NCBI GenBank assembly: GCA_012295275.1
Contig: CM022665.1
Span: 16,430,001 to 16,494,000, forward strand
Direction: 5' to 3'
Length of the DNA: 64,000 bases
DNA from: Chrysomallon squamiferum
Taxonomy: Eukaryota; Animalia; Mollusca
Shown here: positions 55,975 to 64,000 of the stretch, in pieces
Layout: the number at the start of each line of letters is the position of its first letter
Position numbering within the stretch: position 1 is the stretch's first letter
Notes under the pieces: model-generated
Database searches by the model: none
The model's input: the letters and a program-made list of their open reading frames with translations, nothing else
What the model was told of the DNA's origin: nothing
Made by a program: the position numbers and the translations under genes

Positions 55975-58900
55975 TCACATAATTTTCACTGCAGCTCTAA
56001 GTTTTGCAGATCGTGCTCTGGGATTTTCAATTCTGTCTTCAAATGACGTCGTTGTGACCTTTTTTGACACTGGCTTCCACTTTTTTTCCAACATTTTCTC
56101 TACCTCTTCCTTGGCAAACACTTTTGCAGAGTTTCTGAAATGGTCTCGCATGCTCATGTTCAGGTGAGCATCCATGTCTATCCCATGAAAATGCCGTTTG
56201 ACAATCCTGTCCTCTAGTGAATTGAATGACAGAACAACGCATTTTCCTCCAGTTTTCAGGTATTTCAGTGCAATTTCCAGTCCATTGTGTAACTCGTTAA
56301 GTTCATTGTTTACAAAGATACGCAAAGCGAGAAATGTTTTTGTTGCTACATGGGCATGTCTCATCATCATATCTTTTTTGTGATTACTGAAATTACAACG
56401 AACGGTCACAGAATGGTTAAGTTATTTTAAATATACCTGCCACACAAGCAAAATATTTATATTTTCTTAATATAATTTCCCTTCTTATTTCTTTTATAAA
56501 ATTTGATGTCTCCATTTCTATATGTGTTCATGTGTATGTGTTCGTGTGTTTGTGTGTGTGAGCATGCACATAAAAACATGTATATATTTATATATTTATG
56601 CATGTTTGACATGTGATCACATCAATTACAATACTGTATAAATCTTCTATCTATCCATTCATACACCCATATGTGTGCATATGTATGTATATATGTATGT
56701 ATGTATGTATAAAACCCTTAAAAACAAGCCATGATTATTCAGCTAAATACATTTTTTTGTAAATAATTTTCATACCTTAAAAATACACTAGCTACAATGT
56801 CAGCTAGTTGTTTGGTGCGGGTGATTTTCCCAAAAGCGTATCTTGCCTCCACTATGGCATGAGAAATGTGCTGTGCCAGTCTCTCCTCACCATATTTTTT
56901 AATTATCTGGTAAAGATCCTCTTGGTCCAAAATGTTAACTACATCAGCAGCCGTAGGCTGGTCAGAAAGTCTAAAGAAAACAACATTGCAATGCAAGTAC
57001 AGAATAGAAAACACTACAGCTCAAAAGAAATTTGTGTGTATGACTTTGGTAAAAGACCCCTTTTTCTTTCTTTTTTTTTTTTTTCACAGAATTTAGTTAA
57101 ATCACATAACTAGTCCTATTTCTTAAACTTTAAGTAGTCTGTTTTATATATATATATACACATACACACACACATATTTATTAAAATTTGGTTATACTTT
57201 AGTGTCACCTTGTATTTTCAAACTGCATTAGTCAAAGCATTTTATTTAATAACCATTTATATTGCTCAACAGTAACCAAATATGTACTATATGGCTGATT
57301 TGATGTTCTGTTTATCTGTCTTTCTATCTATCTATATATGTGTCGATCTATCTGTCTGTCAATCCATGCATCTACCCACTGTAAACTAGAAATAATGCCA
57401 ACATGATATTAATGTAGAAAATATAATTTTCAAAGTTTTCTTTCAAAGAAAAGAAACAAAATTTACAATACTTGTATTTGTGATTAGCTATGATTTAAAA
57501 AAATAATAATAATGAAAAAATAAAGACCATAATAAATTTGGCAGTGTTTTCAGTTATATATTATATATATATATATCATAGCTGCAGTGTTTTTATTAGT
57601 CGGATGTGAATCATCAGATGTAATTATCATGCATATAAATACATTTCATAATTCTAACTGCTGAAGAACATTTTATTTTTTTTATATATATATATTTCTT
57701 TTTGAATTGTTTTTTTTATAATTATTTTAAAATCTAAGTCACACATAACTATCAGTTGTAATTCTCTTAATTACTGCAGAGAATGATACAGGTAAATTAA
57801 TTAACAAACAAATAAGTGTTGACATAAAAGAATAATTTTATGTCATATTTTTATCTCACCTCAGCCATTTTCTCTTATTTCATAATTCACAATATCTTCT
57901 AGTCATCAATAATAAATCTTTTTATGAACACTGAACAGTATCTATTAAATCATTAAAAATTAAAAACCTGTATTACTGTGCTGTTCAAAATAAAAAATAA
58001 AAAATTTAAACCGTGTATACCTTTGACCATCCATCCTCATGTCCAGTGGTCCATCTCGCGCCAGTGAAAATCCTCTCTCAGACTGGTCAAACTGCATGGA
58101 TGAGGCACCAAGGTCAAACAAGAAGCCATCAACTGAACCCTGTTTCATATTTCTAGATGTCAGTAAGTGAGGAAGATCCGAGAATCTTCCAAGAAGTGGA
58201 ATTACTTGTCCCTCTCTGTAATAACAAATTAATTCATCGATGCAGTAATCAAACAGGTTGATGGATGGATGAATGGGATAGGGACAGGACTTCGATGGAT
58301 AGACAGATATGCAGAATGATAGATAAATGAAAATAGGAGTGTTCTGGATGGACAGAAGGATGGATTAATTAAATAAGGGAATGGATGGATGGGTTTTTTA
58401 ATTCATTTATGAATATACTGATGAATAAATGGACAGACAGATAAAGAAAGATAGGAATGAATAATAAATGATTAAAATGTTTGGGTTTTTTTGTGGGTGT
58501 TTTTTTATTTTTATTTTTTATTTTTTTATTTTTTGTTGTTGTATATAAACAAGAATGTAAAAAGGTAAAAAAAAAAGGAAAAACAAACAAATCTGTTTAT
58601 TATCATAATACTTCATCAATAAGAAAGTTTGGAATTTGTTTGCAAGTAAACTTTACATTAAGAACAGATTTATATTTTGTATTATTAGTATTAGTATTAG
58701 TATTCAAATTACCTATATTGGGTTGCTAGGTTACAAGCAAGATCATAAGCTGTGGGGTCTCTGTCAAGGACAATGACCTCAGCATTAGGGGCAACAGAGA
58801 GTATTTCTTTAGTGTGTCCACCTGCTCCAAATGTCATATCAACAAACACCTGTAATAAATAAATTTAATAAATACTTTAATAAATACCTGGTTTCTGTGA

Positions 58901-59459
58901 ATATTCATCTGAGTGTGGTAATGAATGTCCATGTAGTTCTTATTCAGCAGCATATGCTATGTGTTTGTCTACGTCATGCATAGTCCATTCTTTATAATAT
59001 AAATATCATAATATGTATGTATGTATCATTGTATGTATGTATGTATGTATGTACGGATGTATGTACATACAATATTCTGCATTATTATGTTTCATATCTT
59101 AATAACAACTAAACACTGATAATAACTAAAAAATAGTTTAATAATGGAGTTTAAATTAATCTTAAAAAGCTGAAAGGCACAAAAATATTAGTGTAACTTT
59201 TTTCCAGAATGCGCATGCCCATAGCAGGTGATTTGTCACTTACTTGCTGATCTTCTGGCTGGAGAATATTAATTACTTCATTTGCCATCACAGGAACATG
59301 CAGAGGTCTGGTATCACGTTGAATTTCTGTAGAATAATTTCTGAACACAAAAGAACGAACCAAATGTCGTCCACACAGACATTTCGTAATTTTATACTGT
59401 AGCCCTGGTGCCAGTCGGTTCAATGTCAAAAATGTCTTGCTTACCCAGTGTATATTCAT
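55975..59459 (-). CDS. METTL15: Mitochondrial 12S rRNA N4-cytosine methyltransferase (RsmH/MraW family), 384 aa
   Basis: Exons 59244-59459, 58713-58849, 58021-58215, 56776-56970, 55975-56386 (1155 nt, phases consistent). Basic presequence-like N-terminus, [16 protein letters not shown] (SAM binding), [60 protein letters not shown]. Confidence 0.96.
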
Positions 59460-59722
59460 CTTCAAAATTTACACATATGTTATTTAATAACTTTCACATA
59501 TTGTCTTATTTGTAAATATAATCAGAAAAAGTTTGCTATGATTTTAAATATTATCTAAATATTTTGATTTTAAATATTATCACACACACGTGTTTGGTCA
59601 CAAAGGTAAACAACTTTACTTCCGTATTTTAGAAGAGTCGTTTAACGAGGCGATAACTCTAAGCAGGAAAAAAGCCGCACCAACCTGATGTTTATTCTTG
59701 TTTTCGAAGAAATGTGTACGCG
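59460..59722. promoter_or_regulatory. Compact bidirectional promoter shared by METTL15 and the CNNM-like gene
   Basis: 263 bp between the divergent start codons; CpG-rich; CACGTG at 59587-59592 and ETS-type ACTTCCG at 59618-59624. Confidence 0.75.
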
Positions 59723-59886
59723 ATGCTGAACTGCACGGTGATCGATTCCGAACGTATTTTGTGCAACAACACAGAATATGTTTTACCTGAAAAGAAACTT
59801 ACCATAAATGATAAAATCTTTTGGATTTATCTTGCAATTTACTGTATTCTGGTGATAATTGCAGGTAATACTATGTAATAGACATG

Positions 59887-59935
<49 letters not shown>

Positions 59936-62900
59936 ACATATACACACACACATATATGTTTAAACATAACAGATACTGCTATTTCAGGTATAATGTCTGG
60001 TTTAACAATGGGACTTCTATCACTTGATCTCATGACACTTAAGATACTTCGAGATGGAGGAACTCCGAGACAGAAAAAATATGCTTCTCGGATTCTGCCA
60101 ATAGTCAAACGACATCACTTACTTCTTGTTACACTTCTGCTGGGGAATGCCGCAGCCGTGGAAGCCATGCCAATTTTCCTGGACAGAATATCTGATCCCA
60201 TCATTGCAATTGTTGTTTCTGTATCGGCAGTTCTTTTCTTTGGCGAGTAAGTCATTTCTTGAATATTAATATTATTTCTAGTGAGTCTATCATATTAATT
60301 AAGTTTTTTACTCACTGAGTTAGAGCCTCCTGTTTGCCTATTAAGTTAAGTAAATTGTGTTATCACTGACAAAAGATTAATGATTAACTATGAATAAATG
60401 TCAGATTATTGAAATAATTTTAATGTATATGTTCAGAACAGAGTTAAATTAGAATTAGGAATTTTTGTTTCATGGATGAATTTCTTTTCCATTTTAATAA
60501 ATTCAGCAATATTAAACAAACTAATTATTAATATTTATTTTATTTAGTAAAGTAATTAAGTAAAATATTATTTTATTTTCAGAGTGATTCCACAAGCTTT
60601 GTGTACCAGATTTGGTCTTGCTATTGGTGCTACTTTATCTCCGTGAGTTGTGTTTTATTTAATAAAAATCATTTCCAAAACAATCTAAGAATTTTGTCAC
60701 AAAACTTGTGAGTCGCCCAAAACAACAAACCAGTTGCACGTAATCTGAAATATCTCACCATGTCACAAAACCTTCAGTGACTGATTTGGCTATTAGCATT
60801 ATAATGTTTTTATAATTAAAAAATATAACATTTACATACAGTATTATTTGAAAATAACTAAACGATTACTTAGAAACTGATTAACTTAAATAATGATACA
60901 AGATGAAACTTGTTTGTTTACTTTTGCCAATTAGCAGCAAAGTTTTGAGGGTTTTTTGGGTTTTTTTTAATATATCTTTTAAATATGTGATAATCATGTA
61001 ATTTTTACAATTGAGTGCAAAAGCTATAGAAAGTGATATATTATTCAGACAATAAAGTATTTCAACTAACAGTAATTCTGAATATTCATTACTGTGGTTT
61101 CTTTTGAAATAATTATAGTATATGATTTTCTAATATTTTCATTTTATACTTAAAAAATATCACAGATTTGTGCTTTTGTTCCAGTCTCGTATACTTTCTG
61201 ATGGGCTTACTTTTTGTCATAGCCTGGCCAATATCTAAACTTCTAGACTGTCTTCTTGGAAAAGATCATGCCACATTTTTCCGGAGAGCAGAGTTAAAAG
61301 TTTTAGTTGACCTGCATGGTCAAGACCGAGGTGTCCAGAATGATGACCATTTGACAGTGGATGAAGTCCTCATTATTAAGGTGGAGTTTTTTCAGCATAC
61401 ACACACACACACAAAAATAAAAATAAACTAAACCTTACACACACACAAAACTGAGAGATGCAAACCAGCACTAACACACACATACATACATATGCATACT
61501 TAAAGTTTTTACAGATATTATAATTTTCCAAAACCAGTCTGTTTGACACTTAATAACTAATAAAATATCATTAAATAATTTTTCAGTTTTCCTTCATTCT
61601 TCATGTTAAACAATAGATTTTGTTTTACAGGGAGCACTTGACATGAAGTACAAAACAGCTGCTGATGCTTTGGTTCCAATAGATCAAGTGTTTATGCTGA
61701 GTGCTGACTGCAAAATGGATAATGAAACAATGTCTTTAGTAAGTTTATAAAACAGAACAATTAAATTATATTTCATAGCTCCTGCTTTGATCACCAAGTA
61801 AAAAAAAGTTCATGTGGTAAAAAGAAATGACACATTAATAGTAATATCAAAGTGCTTGATATGAGCTTCCCTCTTTGTGGGAAGTTTCATATCCATACTA
61901 TTTGACATTTTTCTTTTTTTTTTTTTTTTTTTTAACAAACTACTTGATAAGATTAGCTTCAGTTTTCCATTTTTGTTGTCATTATTTATCAAAGGAGTTC
62001 TGATTAATTTTAAAAAAGATTTTGACAGGTTTTTAAACCAGTGTTATTTTCATTATTTTAGATTCTGTCCCATGGACATTCACGTATCCCTGTGTATGAT
62101 GGCGCAAAGGACAACATCATTAGTTTGTTGTTGATGAAGACATTGATTAAACTAGACCCTGATGATGCTGTCCCAATTCGGAGTTTGTTGCAGAATTCCA
62201 AATACGCAAAACATGTTTTGTTTACTGACATCTCCACACCGCTGTTTGATCTACTCAATTTGTTCCAGACTGGAAAAGGTAAATTCTTATTTCATTTTAT
62301 TTAATTTTTATCATTATTATTTTTTTAATTGAACATTATTTTTCTTCTTTTTTATTTGTTTTTTTCTTTTTTATTACAATTATTTGGTTTAAGTAGATTT
62401 TAAATTTATTAATTTATATATTTTAAATTATTTTGTTTTGATCTGTTTTACTTGACATTTGTTGACTTTTGTTTAAAAGTATTTTTGATTTTTTTTTTTT
62501 TTTTTTTATAAATTTGTAGTTTTATAGTTCACATATTTACTTTTATTTTGATTTTATTGCAGGTCATTTAGCTGTTGTAAAAGGTTGCAAGAAGGAAACA
62601 TCCTTACAAGCAGTGGAGAGTGGCAGTCAAGGGGACACTACTCCACTTTTAGAGGATGCTGAAGAAAATCTGCCAGTGACAGTAGACTCAGAGAAGGCAT
62701 GAATTAAAATAAATAAATAAATTTTTAAAAATGAAAAAGTAAAATAAAATAATAATAATAATAAATTAAATTTGTGTTTCCTTTCTACTTTTTATTTTAT
62801 TTTATTTTATTTTATTTTTTTAAGTAGCAAAGTCAAAATTGTTTGATTATTACTGTAGGTGTTATTAAGGGATTTTTTCTTTGTTTCTCTGTTTTTATTG

Positions 62901-63667
62901 GTTAATTTCTGATAAAGCACAGATGCTGGAATCAAGTGATTTAATTCGGAGAGAAATGAATATTACTCTCACAAAGTAAATAAATATTTTTTAAATGTGT
63001 TAACAGGTATTGGGTATTATAACTCTAGAGGACGTGATGGAGGAAATACTGCAGGAAGAGATAGTGGATGAGTCTGATGTGAGTAGAGACATACACAACA
63101 GAATTCAGGTTGCACGAGCTAAAGTTACTAGAACTGGACATCAGGTAAAAATATATTTTTAGTAGTAGTGATAGTAGTAGTACAATTTACAATTTTTTAA
63201 AAACTATTATCATCATCATCATAATCATTACAATTATTTTTATTTAGATTATTTTCAGTATTTTCCTTTTTATTATCATAATCATTATCATTACAAATTT
63301 TATGATTTATTGTCATCATCATGATCTCAATTATCATCATTTCTAATATACAGGAGAAGTTTAAGTTTGTAAGGTTAATGTTGATAACGAGTTTTTAAAT
63401 GTTTGGTTTATTTTTATTTTTATTAATGTATTATTAGTGTTTTTTGTTACTGTTCATTTGTTTATTATATTTTTTGCAATTATTTGTTTATTCATTCTTT
63501 CTTTCATTTGTTTATTTACTTACTTATTTATTTATTTATTTTACTTACATTTATTTTAATGGGTTTTTTTGGGGGGGTTTACTTACTTTTTTTAATTTAC
63601 TTATTTATTATTTAATCATTCAATTGTTGGTTTATTTATTTACTTATTTATTTACGTATTTAATTAC

Positions 63668-63702
<35 letters not shown>

Positions 63703-63859
63703 TGTTTACCATTATCAGGGAGGCTATTATAGAAGTCAGTCATACCCAGCAACACTACAACGTTCACATGACGACGACCCCCTCATCACTGATGTTGCTG
63801 TTTCCAGACCATTGTCCCATTCATCAGATCATCTACTTGATCAAGAAATAATCACTTGA
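59723..63859 (+). CDS. CNNM/DUF21 + CBS-pair membrane protein (Mg2+/metal transporter family; short Mam3/plant CBSDUF-like architecture), 464 aa
   Basis: Exons 59723-59864, 59988-60246, 60583-60642, 61185-61380, 61631-61738, 62062-62278, 62563-62696, 63007-63144, 63719-63859 (1395 nt; the end of exon 7 assumes a GC donor). Motifs [77 protein letters not shown]. Confidence 0.94.
59889..59929. repeat. (TC)n microsatellite in CNNM-like intron 1
   Basis: Seen directly. Confidence 0.95.
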
Positions 63860-64000
63860 AAATTTCAACATTAAACAAAACACACGATATTGTTTCTCAG
63901 GTAGTTAGAAAGTACAACAGTAAGAATTAGTAACTTTGGAAATTTTGTTTAGAATATGATAACAATTACCACTTGATGATTACCTGTATAACCATTTATT

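Noticed and set aside
63444-63851. 135-aa hydrophobic ORF
   Set aside because: (TTTA)n intron sequence running into the last CNNM-like exon in the wrong frame.

Overview
AT-rich, intron-rich eukaryotic (animal) genomic DNA, probably a mollusc such as a gastropod (inferred from protein divergence and repeat types, not proven). Five spliced protein-coding genes were rebuilt by hand from splice sites and reading-frame phase. (1) The 5' end of KIF6 (minus, 4 coding exons, runs off the left edge). (2) A complete DAAM formin (plus, 26 coding exons, 1070 aa), divergent from KIF6 across a short CpG-rich promoter; human KIF6/DAAM2 have the same arrangement. (3) A single-BIR + RING IAP gene (minus, 4 exons) with a 1-bp frameshift in the BIR as assembled. 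(4) METTL15 (minus, 5 exons, 384 aa). (5) A short CNNM/DUF21-CBS membrane protein of plant/fungal-like architecture (plus, 9 exons, 464 aa), head-to-head with METTL15 and probably containing a GC-AG intron. The rest is intron, microsatellite and decayed SINE/LINE/Tigger debris with strong CpG depletion. Most ORF-track entries are low-complexity artefacts. No clearly new biological system can be demonstrated. The best leads are the KIF6-DAAM microsynteny, a 12-nt DAAM microexon candidate, the broken and divergent IAP, and the non-vertebrate-type CNNM.
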